From Planctomycetota bacterium (lineage in GTDB: Bacteria > Planctomycetota > UBA1135 > UBA2386), in assembly GCA_965223545.1 (NCBI GenBank), contig OZ245006.1, positions 4,704,001 to 4,768,000 on the forward strand: a stretch of DNA of 64,000 nucleotides, given 5' to 3'. The notes under the pieces are model-generated. The model made no database searches, was not told the origin of the DNA, and saw nothing but the letters and a program-made list of their open reading frames with translations. A program made the position numbers and the translations under genes. This document shows positions 35,776 to 46,100 of this stretch, piece after piece (position 1 is the first letter of the stretch; every line of letters begins with the position of its first letter).

Positions 35776-38004
35776 TCACCAGTCGAAGCCGAGCACCGCG
35801 TAGCCCGCGCCCGCGGCGCTGACCGGCAGCGAGAACGCCGTTCCCCCACCGACGCTGCCGAAGTTCGTGGTGATCGGTAGCGGCAGATGGAGCGCGGTCA
35901 GCAACAGCGCGGTGTACGTGTTGCCGACACCGGCAAACAAGGTGCCGAACGGTCCGGCGGCGAGGCCGCGTACTTGGCCGCTGCCCGCCGGCACGGTGCC
36001 CAGCGTGCGTGGCGTGCCGCCGACGAACAGATCGACCTCGATGCCGCCACTGCTGTTGCCGAGCAACAGCACGCCGGGCAGGTTGGGGTGGGTGGCGATC
36101 GAACGGAAGTAGCCCCGGCGGATGAGCTCGAGCTGTTTGGACGTACCGTCGAACACGTAGGCGTCGCTGCCGTCGACGATGCCGATGATCTCGAGATCGC
36201 CGTCGAGGTCGAGGTCGGCGACCTCGACGTCGGTGATCTTCGACCAGAACGACCCCATCTGCAGCGAGTTCCACTCCAACGCGCCGGTGGCGTAGTCGTA
36301 GACGTAGACGAACACGCCGTTGGAGCCGGTGTGCTCGGTGCCGGAACCGGCGACGATCTCCAGCTCACCATCCCCGTCGACGTCGGCGATGGCGACGGAG
36401 TAGAAGGTCTTGCCGCTGGGCAACACCGTGTTGCTCCAGATCTCGGTGAAGTTGCCGGCAGCGTCCACGTCGTAGATCTCGACCAAGGCGTCGTAGGTCG
36501 TGCCCGCGGCGATCGCGATCTCCTCGTCGCCGTCGCCATCGACGTCGTGCAGGGCGACGTCGTGGATCCCGGTCCAGCCGAGGTTGTTGGCGAGCTCTTG
36601 CGAAGTGGCCCGCAAACGCCGCGTCGCGGGGTCCAGCCAAACGATGCGGCCGGCACCGTAGCCGGCGTCCGAGGACCAGGAGACCGCGATCAAGTCGTCG
36701 TTGCCGTCGCCGTCGACGTCGCCCACCACCGGGCCGGTGAACGGCCCCTCGAGCTGTTCGTTCTCCCACTCGATCTGCTGGCTCACCGCGTCGCCGACGA
36801 ACAGCCGGTCCTCGCCGGTCGACGTGGCGCCGGCACCCCAGAGCACCTCCGCCTGGCCGTCGCCGTCGACGTCGAAGACGGTGACATCGGTGGTGCCGTG
36901 CTCCGGGTTGCGGATCGACCACAACGACGCCTGCGTCGCCATGTCGTAGGCGTGCACGCTGCCCCACTGGGCATCGCCGATGATGAGCTCGTCGGTGCCG
37001 TCGCCGTCCGCGTCGGCGACGTCGATGGCGCCGACGTTGAACAAGCTGATCGACCACTTGGGCAGCCCCCGATCGATGTCGAATGCCCAGCAGAAGCTCC
37101 ACGCCTCACTGGCGATGAGCTCCTGCATTCCGTCGCCGTCGAAGTCGGCCACCGCCAGCTCGAAGCCGAAGCCTGCCGGCCAAGTCCACTGCACGGTGCC
37201 CGTCGCATAGTCGAGCACGCGGCCGTCGGTGGTGGCGATCTCGAGCCCGGCATCGGCGTCCATCTGGCCGGCGATCACGTCGCTGCCACCCGTACCGTTG
37301 TGGGCGAGCAGCTGGTCGCCGCCGCCGGTGTAGGCGTACACGTTGTTGTCGTTGCACAGCAGGAGCTCGAGCTTGGCGTCGCCGCCGAGGTCGACCAGCC
37401 GCATGCTGTTCAACGAGAAGGCTGCGGTCGCGAACTCGCCGATCTTGGCCTTGCTCGCCTGGTCGTGCAGCTCGATCACGCCGTCGCGCCGCGCGACGAC
37501 GATCTCGGCGCCCGGGTTCGGGTGGACGTCCCCGACCGCCAGCCGTTGGACTCCGGACGTGTAGGTCGTCGAGAAGTACACCTGCGAGTAGCCGCCGGTA
37601 CTGGCATCGTGCCGGAGAGCGTACCAGTAGGAGTTGCCGCCGAACGTCGCCCCCGACCCGCCGCTGTAGATCTCGGGCGTACCGGAGGCGTCACTGGCGA
37701 CGATGTCGGACAGGCCGATTCCGGCGCCGAACGCGGCGTAGCCCCACGACGGTGCGAACCCCGTCGAGGTCCGAACCGTGCCGGCTGGGCCAGCGTCCGG
37801 CGGGGTGGGCGCCGCCCGCGCGGCCTGCCGCGCGAGCGTGGCGCGGTCGTAGTTGATCGGAGCTCCACGCGCGTCGAGCACCGGCGCGCCGTGCGCGTTG
37901 GTGCGCGGTGCACGAAGCTCGCCCTGTGCGGCCAGCGGTAGGGCCGCGGCGAGCCACGGCGCACAGAGGGCAATGCGGCGGAGGAAGCAGTGAGGGCGTG
38001 CCAT
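35776..38004 (-). CDS. Secreted FG-GAP repeat beta-propeller protein
   Basis: Signal peptide 'ALPLAAQ'; repeated 'DxDGDGxxE[IL]' motifs. Confidence 0.88.
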   Translation of the reverse strand: MARPHCFLRRIALCAPWLAAALPLAAQGELRAPRTNAHGAPVLDARGAPINYDRATLARQAARAAPTPPDAGPAGTVRTSTGFAPSWGYAAFGAGIGLSDIVASDASGTPEIYSGGSGATFGGNSYWYALRHDASTGGYSQVYFSTTYTSGVQRLAVGDVHPNPGAEIVVARRDGVIELHDQASKAKIGEFATAAFSLNSMRLVDLGGDAKLELLLCNDNNVYAYTGGGDQLLAHNGTGGSDVIAGQMDADAGLEIATTDGRVLDYATGTVQWTWPAGFGFELAVADFDGDGMQELIASEAWSFCWAFDIDRGLPKWSISLFNVGAIDVADADGDGTDELIIGDAQWGSVHAYDMATQASLWSIRNPEHGTTDVTVFDVDGDGQAEVLWGAGATSTGEDRLFVGDAVSQQIEWENEQLEGPFTGPVVGDVDGDGNDDLIAVSWSSDAGYGAGRIVWLDPATRRLRATSQELANNLGWTGIHDVALHDVDGDGDEEIAIAAGTTYDALVEIYDVDAAGNFTEIWSNTVLPSGKTFYSVAIADVDGDGELEIVAGSGTEHTGSNGVFVYVYDYATGALEWNSLQMGSFWSKITDVEVADLDLDGDLEIIGIVDGSDAYVFDGTSKQLELIRRGYFRSIATHPNLPGVLLLGNSSGGIEVDLFVGGTPRTLGTVPAGSGQVRGLAAGPFGTLFAGVGNTYTALLLTALHLPLPITTNFGSVGGGTAFSLPVSAAGAGYAVLGFDW

Positions 38005-38054
38005 GCCGCGAGACTAGGCGGCCCGCCAGTGGCCGACAACCCGGGTGGCGTCGC

Positions 38055-40847
38055 CTACTGTCGCCAGTAGTGCGCGAGGCACGCAACGCCGGGCGCGTCG
38101 ATCACCGCGAGCTTGGTTCCCGTCGCGAGGTCGAACACGTCGACCTTGCCGACGTCGGCCAGGGCGACGAACAGTAGCTGCGGTGCGTGCGCCGGCAGTG
38201 CCGTGCCCGTGAGGTCGATCTTGACTTGACCCTTGCCGCTGTGGGCGGCGGCGAAACCCGGTAGACCCGGCAACGATCGATCGGGATAGCCACCGTTGTT
38301 CGCGTTGTCGTCGAACGCGAGGTCGACCGGTTGATTTCCGGAGAGCAAGTCGCCCGCCGGCGTCGTGAACGACAAGCCGCCAATGCGCTTGGTGACGGTC
38401 AAGCCCTCGATGCGGCTCACTTGGCCGAGGCCGCTGGTGTCGCGGTGCGTCACCCAGCAGGCCGGCGTCAGGCCGGAGAGGTCCGGCTGGATCGCAGTGG
38501 CGGCGGCGAAGGTGCCGGAGACCGTGCCGACCAGCGAGCCCGCGCTGCCGATGGGGCCCGATTCGTACAGCGACACCGAGCCATCCGCGTTGAGGATGTG
38601 CGCGAAGTAGGTCCCCGAGCCGGTGCCGATGCCGGTCTGTCGGGCGGTGACGGCGACGCCGATCGGGCGCACGGCGTCTGGGGGCAGCCGCTGCAGAATC
38701 GTCGCGTTGGGGTCGAGGATGGTGAGGCCGCCGCGGTCGTGGCACACGAAGAGCGCCTCGCCGTCCGGCTGCCAGGCCAGCTCCGTCGGGCCGGCGGCGA
38801 CCGCGATCTGCTGGATGACCTGGTGGAACGAGGCGCTCGTTGGATCGATGTCCGCGATGAGCACGCCGTCGCGGTCGCTGCTGATCGCCAGCCGCCGCAG
38901 GTCCGGAGACACCGCCAGGTCGACGGGGTCGGCGACCTCGATCTGGTCCAGGATCGTGAAGCGATTGCTGTTCAGCACGAGCACGCGATCGGCGTCGGCG
39001 TCCAGCGCGTACAAGAACTGTCCGATCTGCTGCCGCGCGGTGAATGGCGTGAACGCCAAAGGTGGTGGCGGTGAACCCGGCGGAGGCTGTGGCCCGACGA
39101 ACGTGCCGTCGAAGTTGCCGCCGAGGATCCCGGTGCCGATGAACGGGTTGCCCGCCACGAGCAGGTTGTTGGGGCTCGCGAAGGCGGGCGGCGACGTCGT
39201 CGTGACTCTCCCCGGAACTCCGGTCGATGACGTGACCGTTGGTTCTTCGCTGTAGATCGCACGCTGCGGATTGGTCGCCGGGAACAAGATGCGCGGCGGG
39301 TTGGGGTGCGGCGCGACCCCGATCGTGTTGCCCGCCACCGGCAGACCGGTGGCTGGGCTCACCTGGTTCGACGCACTCGCGGTGCGATTGATGTTGGAGC
39401 TGTTGTAGACGAGATCGAGCGGTTGCCCGAGCTGGATCTCACGGATGCCGGCCGTCAGTGGTTCGCGCAGCAGCCGGGTGTCCGCCACGTCGTCGATGGT
39501 CTTGGTCAAGAAGCCGGAGCCGCCACCGTCCAACAGCGAGGTGCCGGGGGCGAGCGGGGGAATCACACCGGGGGCTCCGAGGTTTGGATTGAGGACGAAG
39601 CGGCTGCTGAGCGGGTCTCCGGTTCCCTGGCCGAAGCCGTTCAGGTCGAGGACCTCGATCCCGACGCGCGCGCCCGACAGGCCGATGTAGATCGCCTCGG
39701 GCGCGACCGGCGCGTTGACCAGCCCCGGTCCCGTGGCGGTGGTGAAGGTGGTCTGCTCTGCGGTGGCCATCACACCCGTGAGTGAGCGGACGAGCGTCGT
39801 GACGGAGACCCGACTCTGGCCCGCGAGCGGGTGGATCGGCTGCACGCGAAACCGGCACAGATCGCCGTGGCTGATCGGCTCCGCGCGGACCAAGACCGGA
39901 AACTCGCCGCCGGTTCGGCGCTCGGCAACAGCCAGCGTCACGCGGCCCGGAGTCGGCACCAGCGCTCCGGTCAGATCGCCGACGTCGATCGGCTGTGCCG
40001 GTTGGTCGTACTCCAAGACGACGTCCGTCGTGACATCGACGTCGAACGCGCCGTTGGCGGGGGTCGAGGACGCGAGGCGGGGGCCGCTGCTCAGGGGTCC
40101 GACGCTCGTCGCCGTGCACACCGCGGTGCTCAGCGGCGCGCCGGCGGCGCTCAGCACGGCGTCGCTCGCTTCGATCCGCAGCGAGACGCCGGCCGGAAAG
40201 GTCTCCAGCGTGGTCAGATCGTCATCGGTGTCGGCGACGAACACGAAGGAGCGCGGCGAGACCAGCTCCGCAGCGCCCGCGAACCCGGTGGGGAAGCCCG
40301 TGGCCCGCGGGTCCACGATCACCGTGCCGCGGTCACTGGCACGCACGGCGACGACCAAGGTCGGGTCGGGCGTGGGCGTCGTCGGGTCGTCGAACACCGC
40401 GTGCCCGCCGACGAACGCGCGCCCGCGCACGGCGGTGCGCGCGCCGGTCGCCGGATCGATCGCGGTGACCTGCAGGGCTCCCGTCAGGTAAGAGCTCGCT
40501 GCCGCACCGGGCTGCGTGCTGAGCAGCGTCCCGATCCGCGGCCGCGCGTTGAACCGCACGTGGATGAAGTGGTTGCCCGGTGCCCCACTGGGCAGTACCG
40601 CCGCCGTGCGCATTGTCGCCGGCGGCCGCACCAGGTTGGTCGGCGTCGCGTTCTGCACGAGCGTGTGCAGGTTGCGGATCTCCAGGATGGTCGCTGTGGG
40701 CTGCCCGAACGGGTCCACCTTGGCGATCTCGTACGGATACAGGCGTCCAGCGCCGACCTCGATCCGATCCACGTCGAAGCCGGGGCCTTGGGCGGGTAGG
40801 GCGGTCGCGATGGCGACCAAGATGGAAAGTGAGGCGGTGGGGGTCAT
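38055..40847 (-). CDS. Large secreted protein with an Ig-like (Big_5-type) domain and a YVTN-like beta-propeller
   Basis: Signal peptide 'ALPAQ'; Ig-like start 'STPANGAFDVDVTTDVVLEYDQP'; propeller blades 'DPVDLAVSPD' and 'GPTELAWQPDGE'. Confidence 0.7.
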   Translation of the reverse strand: MTPTASLSILVAIATALPAQGPGFDVDRIEVGAGRLYPYEIAKVDPFGQPTATILEIRNLHTLVQNATPTNLVRPPATMRTAAVLPSGAPGNHFIHVRFNARPRIGTLLSTQPGAAASSYLTGALQVTAIDPATGARTAVRGRAFVGGHAVFDDPTTPTPDPTLVVAVRASDRGTVIVDPRATGFPTGFAGAAELVSPRSFVFVADTDDDLTTLETFPAGVSLRIEASDAVLSAAGAPLSTAVCTATSVGPLSSGPRLASSTPANGAFDVDVTTDVVLEYDQPAQPIDVGDLTGALVPTPGRVTLAVAERRTGGEFPVLVRAEPISHGDLCRFRVQPIHPLAGQSRVSVTTLVRSLTGVMATAEQTTFTTATGPGLVNAPVAPEAIYIGLSGARVGIEVLDLNGFGQGTGDPLSSRFVLNPNLGAPGVIPPLAPGTSLLDGGGSGFLTKTIDDVADTRLLREPLTAGIREIQLGQPLDLVYNSSNINRTASASNQVSPATGLPVAGNTIGVAPHPNPPRILFPATNPQRAIYSEEPTVTSSTGVPGRVTTTSPPAFASPNNLLVAGNPFIGTGILGGNFDGTFVGPQPPPGSPPPPLAFTPFTARQQIGQFLYALDADADRVLVLNSNRFTILDQIEVADPVDLAVSPDLRRLAISSDRDGVLIADIDPTSASFHQVIQQIAVAAGPTELAWQPDGEALFVCHDRGGLTILDPNATILQRLPPDAVRPIGVAVTARQTGIGTGSGTYFAHILNADGSVSLYESGPIGSAGSLVGTVSGTFAAATAIQPDLSGLTPACWVTHRDTSGLGQVSRIEGLTVTKRIGGLSFTTPAGDLLSGNQPVDLAFDDNANNGGYPDRSLPGLPGFAAAHSGKGQVKIDLTGTALPAHAPQLLFVALADVGKVDVFDLATGTKLAVIDAPGVACLAHYWRQ

Positions 40848-41027
40848 CGAGTCTCCGGGGTCATGGCGTGGCCTGGCAACCGCGTGCCGCGCCGCTCTAC
40901 GTAGCTCGGGTGCGATCGGCGGTCACAGAACGCTCTGGATCCCAACGAGTGGCCGCGCCGCGACTCCCCATTCTCGGCGGGTTTTCCGTACGATGGGAAG
41001 GGGAGCACCCGTCGCCAAAGGAGCCCG

Positions 41028-43157
41028 ATGCCGTTCCGCTCTGCACCGATCGCCGCAGCCCTTTGCTGCCTGGCGCCGCAGTCCGTCGCCCAGCCACAGC
41101 CCACTTGGATCGGGGGGACGCCGGCTCCCAACACCTACCCCCACGTCGTCTACGACGAGGCGCGCGATCGAACGGTCATCTTGACGCTGCTCGGGACTTG
41201 GGAGCTCGTCGACGGCCGTTGGCAACTGAGCACCACGACCGGTCCGAAGAACGCGGTGTTCTCGGGGGCGGCCGCCTACGACTTCGATCGCCAGGTCATC
41301 GTGTTCTTCGGCAATGCTACGCAGCCGGAGACCTGGGAATACGACGGCCTGTCGTGGCGGTTGCGGCCCTCGGCGACTCAGCCCCCACCGCGGACCCACA
41401 CCATGCGGTACGACCGCGCCAACCGGCAGATGATCCTACTGTCGGCACAAGGTGGGCTGCCCACCGAGACGTGGTCTTGGGACGGCGGCTCCTGGAGCAA
41501 GCTCGCGCCGACTTGGTCCCCGCAGCTGGGGCGGGGCAAGCTGGTCTACGACACCGCGCAGAACCGGCTGCTGGCGATCTACGATTCTCGTGTCAGCGGC
41601 TCGAGCGGCATTTGGGTGTGGAACGGCGCGACCTGGGGACACATCGACCCGACACCACCGCCGTTCCTCGGTCCGCTCGGGTGGGACGAGGGACGGCAGC
41701 GCGCCGTGATGTTTGGCAACACCTTCGTGTGCGGTCCGTACGGAGCGATCTGCGAGGCCGGGGAGACTTGGGAATGGGATGGGGCGACGTGGTCGATCCT
41801 GGGTTCGTTCGGCGCGCCCGGCCGTCGGAACGACGTCGGCATGACCTACGACAGCGCCCGGGGACGCATCCTCTACGACGTCGACGACAAGACCTGGACA
41901 TGGAACGGGACGGCCTGGACGTTCGTCGCGGAGCGCTCGGCGCCGTGTGTCGGGCACATGGCCTACGACTCCGCACGCCAGGAGATCGTGCTGCACGGTG
42001 GCGTGCGCCAGTCCGTCGTCGAGACCTGGGTGTGGAACGGCGAATGGCAGCGCCGCGTGCTGCCCTCGGGCCCGCCTCTGTTCGGCCCGATCGACGATGC
42101 CCCTGGTCGGGGGCGGGTGCTGCTCGTCGAGGAGTTCGCGATGGATGTCTGGGAGTGGGATGGAAGCGCGTGGACGCGCGGCTCACCGTCGCTGACCGAG
42201 CCCTCGAGCCGTGACCTCACCGCGGGTGCGTTCGACGACGCCCGCGGCGAGTTCGTGTTGTTCGGTGGGTTCGAGGGTTGTTGCAACCGGCGCGTCGGCG
42301 ACACCTGGCTGTGGCGAGACAGTTGGCGCCAAGTCACGCCCACGACAGCTCCTTCGCCCCGGGCCAACCACGCGATGTGCTACGACCCGGTGCGGCAGCG
42401 CGTGGTGTTGTTCGGTGGTGCGCAGGAGGTGGGGGGGCTGGCGAACGACACTTGGGAGTGGGACGGCAACAGCTGGACGCAGCGCTCGCCGGTGTCCTCG
42501 CCACTACCGATGGCGGCCCACGAGATGACGTGGGACGCGACCGCGCAGCGCGTCGTCTTGTTCGGCGGCTCGACTGCGAGCGGCCGCGTCAACGACACTT
42601 GGGAATGGGATGGCAGCGACTGGACCCTGCGGCCGCCAGCACCGCAGATGCCGCCGCCGCTCATCAATCACGGGCTCGCCCATCACGCCGCCCTGCAGAT
42701 GCTGGTCGCCTTCGACGGCCATCAGCGGTCGAACACCTGCGCGACTTGGGTGTTCGGATCCCACGTGGCGGGCAGCAAGTCGGTGCGGGGATCGGGCTGT
42801 GCGGGAAGCGCAGGGGTGCCGGGCATCGGCGTGCTGGGCGTGCCACGGCTCGGCGCTCGGGTGCTGCTCGACCTCGTCGGCGGGACAGCCGTCAGCCCGG
42901 CGGTCGCGATGATCTCGGCGTCGCCTGCAAGCCTGTCCCTACCCGGCGGCTGCACCCTGCTGGTCGACCCGACCGTGGGCGCGATACTGCCGCCGTTCCT
43001 CACCAACGCGGCGGGATTCGCGTCCGTCCCGCTTTCGATCCCCGCGCTCGCGCCCCTGCGCGGCGCAACCCTCTCAGTGCAGGCCGCGGTCGCCGACCCC
43101 ACCGGGCCGCTCGGGCTGCCCTGGACCAGCGCCCTGGACCTCACCATCGGCACGTGA
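41028..43157 (+). CDS. Secreted Kelch-like repeat protein with shared C-terminal domain
   Basis: Repeats 'MxYDxxRxxxVLFGG...DTWEWDGxxW'; AAGGAG RBS; signal peptide. Confidence 0.88.
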   Translation: MPFRSAPIAAALCCLAPQSVAQPQPTWIGGTPAPNTYPHVVYDEARDRTVILTLLGTWELVDGRWQLSTTTGPKNAVFSGAAAYDFDRQVIVFFGNATQPETWEYDGLSWRLRPSATQPPPRTHTMRYDRANRQMILLSAQGGLPTETWSWDGGSWSKLAPTWSPQLGRGKLVYDTAQNRLLAIYDSRVSGSSGIWVWNGATWGHIDPTPPPFLGPLGWDEGRQRAVMFGNTFVCGPYGAICEAGETWEWDGATWSILGSFGAPGRRNDVGMTYDSARGRILYDVDDKTWTWNGTAWTFVAERSAPCVGHMAYDSARQEIVLHGGVRQSVVETWVWNGEWQRRVLPSGPPLFGPIDDAPGRGRVLLVEEFAMDVWEWDGSAWTRGSPSLTEPSSRDLTAGAFDDARGEFVLFGGFEGCCNRRVGDTWLWRDSWRQVTPTTAPSPRANHAMCYDPVRQRVVLFGGAQEVGGLANDTWEWDGNSWTQRSPVSSPLPMAAHEMTWDATAQRVVLFGGSTASGRVNDTWEWDGSDWTLRPPAPQMPPPLINHGLAHHAALQMLVAFDGHQRSNTCATWVFGSHVAGSKSVRGSGCAGSAGVPGIGVLGVPRLGARVLLDLVGGTAVSPAVAMISASPASLSLPGGCTLLVDPTVGAILPPFLTNAAGFASVPLSIPALAPLRGATLSVQAAVADPTGPLGLPWTSALDLTIGT

Positions 43158-43159
43158 CC

Positions 43160-43188
43160 AGTACCGAGTCTGACTCGATTTTCTCGCT
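43160..43188. repeat. Short palindromic intergenic repeat, copy 3 (AGTAC-CGAGTC-T-GACTCG-ATTTTCTCGCT)
   Basis: Near-identical to 11137-11165; fills the gap between convergent genes. Confidence 0.8.
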
Positions 43189-43191
43189 TCG

Positions 43192-46100
43192 CTAACAGGC
43201 TTTCGCCACCGGTGCCCGGTCGCGCTGCTGCTCGTTCGTCGGATCGCGCACCAGCCACCGCACTCCGGCGCGCAGGTCCTCGAGGATCAGATACCCCGAC
43301 GGCACCAGGATCAGCGTGATCAGGGTGGCGAACAGGACGCCGAACGCCAACGACACCGCCATCGGCATCAAGAACTGCGCCTGCACGCTGCGCTCGAGCA
43401 GCATCGGGGTCAGGCTGGCGAACGTGGTCAGCGACGTCAGCAGAATCGGACGAAAGCGCGCTGCGCCGGCCTGATGCACCGCGGCGACGCGGCCGTGGCC
43501 TTCGCGCCGCCGCTGGTTGACGTAGTCGACCAGCACGAGGCTGTCGTTGACCACGACGCCGGTCAGTGCCACCAGCCCAAGCATCGAGACGATGCTCAAC
43601 TCCATGCCCATGAAGACGTGGCCCCAGATGGCGCCGACCAGGCCGAACGGAATCACGGCCATCACCATCAGTGGCTGGGTGTAGGAGCGGAACGGGATCG
43701 CCATCAGGGCGTAGATCGCGATGAGCGCGACAATGGCTCCGCGCAACAGGCTGGCGAGCGTGCGCTGTTGCTCGCTGGCATCGCCCTCGAAGTCCGCGGT
43801 CAGGTCGGGGAACTCGGCGAGCAGGGCGGGGATCGCGTGCGCTTGCAGCTCGGCGACGATTTGGTTGGTGTTGGCGCGCTGGGCGTCGATGGCGGCGGTG
43901 ACGTTGACCGTGCGCGCCAGATCGGTGCGGGTGATCGTCGACAGGCCGCGGTCGCGCCGCAAACGAGCGACCGTCGACAGCGGGACTGCATCGCCGGTAG
44001 CGGTGCGGATTCGCATGTCGTCGAGATCGGCCACCGAGCGCCGCGCGTCGGCGGGGTAGCGCACCATCACCTTGATGTCGTCGCGGCCGCGCTGCAGCCG
44101 CTGCGCTTCTTCACCGTAGAACCCCTGCCGCACTTGTCGGGCAACGTCGCTCAACGTCAGGCCGAGGGCATCGGCCCGCGGCAACAGCTCGAAGCGCAGC
44201 TCGGGCTTGCCGGCGCGCAGGCTGTCGGCGATGTCGACGACGCCGTCGTAGCTGGCCAGCGCCGCTTTGAGGCGGTCGGCGGCGGCGCGCAGCGTGGCGA
44301 TGTCGCCGGCGGCAAGCTGCACGTCGATGTCGGGGCCGGCGCGCACGATCGTCGAGGTGAACGCGATCTCGTAGCGGTCGACGATGTCGCCGGCCAGCGC
44401 GCGCCAGCGGCGCTGGACCTCCTCGGCGGAGATCTCGCGCTCCTCGGAGGCCACCATCTGCACGTTGATCTCGCCCAGGTGCGAGCCCGACTGCGCGTCC
44501 GCCATCACTCCGGCGTTGCGCGCCATGTCGAGCTGGTAGGGCTGCTCGCCGATCGAAGTGAGGACATGGCGGAACACCGGCGCGCCGTGCTCGCGCTCGA
44601 GGTCGTCGCCGAGAGTCGTGGCGGCGGTCTCGAGCTGTCGCAGCACCGCGCGGGTGTCCGCGGCCGGAGTGCCCAACGGCAGCACCACCGAGGCCACGAC
44701 GTTGTCGCCTTCGACAGCGGGAAAGAAGTCGAACCGGATCCAGCCGCCGGCCACCAGGGTCAGCGTGATCAGCAGCGTGCCGATGCCGGTCGACCAGGTC
44801 AGGTAGCGCCAGCGCAGGCACACCGCCAGCACCGGGCGGTAGACGCGGTCGACGAACGACTCGAGCCCGCGCGACAGAGGGCGCTGCAGCGCGCCCCACG
44901 CGCGTCCGACGACGGCGAAGGCCCGTCCGATTCCGCGCCTGGGGCGGGCCTCGCCGTCGGCGCGCTCGTGCGAGAGGTGCGCCGGCAGAATCAGCTTGGA
45001 CTCGATCAGCGAGAACGCGAGACAGGGGATCACGATCAGCGGCACGTGCCGCCAGAGATCGCGCGCGTTGGTGTCGACGTCCAGCAGCGGAGTAAACGCC
45101 GCGACGGTCGTCATCACGCCGAACACCACGGGCAAGGCGACCAACTTGGAGCCGCGGATCGCGGCCTCGACACCGCTGGCTCCGCCCCGCAGTTGCTTGA
45201 AGACGCTCTCGCCGACGACGATGGCGTCGTCGACGACGATGCCGAGCACCAGGATGAACGCGAACAGCGACACCATGTTGATCGACACGCCGAACGTCGG
45301 CATCAGAGCGATGGCGCCGAGGAACGAGATCGGGATGCCCAGGCTGACCCAGAACGCCAGCCGGAAACGCAGGAACAGCGCCAGCACGCAGAACACCAGC
45401 AGCAAGCCGGTCGCAGCGTTGCGCACCAGGAGGTCGATGCGGCTGTTGAGGATGACAGTCTCGTCGCGCCACGGCGTGAGCGTGACGCCATCGGGAAGCT
45501 CGGCCTGTTTGGTTGCGACGTAGGCGCGCGCCGCGCCGCTGATGTCGAGCGCGCTCTGGTCGCCGACGCGGTAGACCTGCACCATGACCGCCGGTTCGCC
45601 ATCGAAGCGTGCGGCGGTGTCGGCGTCGGCGAACCCGTCGGTCACGGTGGCGACCGCGCCGAGCTCGACGGTGGTGCCGTCCGGGCGGCGCAGAACCACG
45701 ATGCGCTCGAACTCCTCACGACTGCGCGCCTGGCCGGCCGTGCGCAGCAGGATTTCGCCCCCGGTGGTCTTCAGCGAACCGCCGGGCAAGTCCAGCGACG
45801 ATCGGCGCACGGCGGCCGCGACCGTGTCGAAGCCGATGCCGAAGCGCCGCAACGCCTCCTCGGCGACCTCGATCGAGATCTCGTCGGGTCGCACGCTGAC
45901 CAGCTCGACCTGCGTGATGTCGGGCAAGCGCGCCAGCTCGTCGCGGACCTGCTGGCCGACGTTCTTGAGGGCGCGCTCGTCGAGGTCGCCGGAGATGGCG
46001 ATGTTGAGCACTTGTCGGCGCAGGACGACCTCCTGCACGATCGGCTTCTCGCTCTCGTCGGGAAACGTGTCGATCGCGTCGACGCGCGTCTTGACGTCGT

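Noticed and set aside
40874..40889. GGCACGCGGTTGC on the minus strand upstream of the 38055-40847 gene as a sigma-54 promoter
   Set aside because: The spacing is GG-N9-GC, whereas sigma-54 requires N10.
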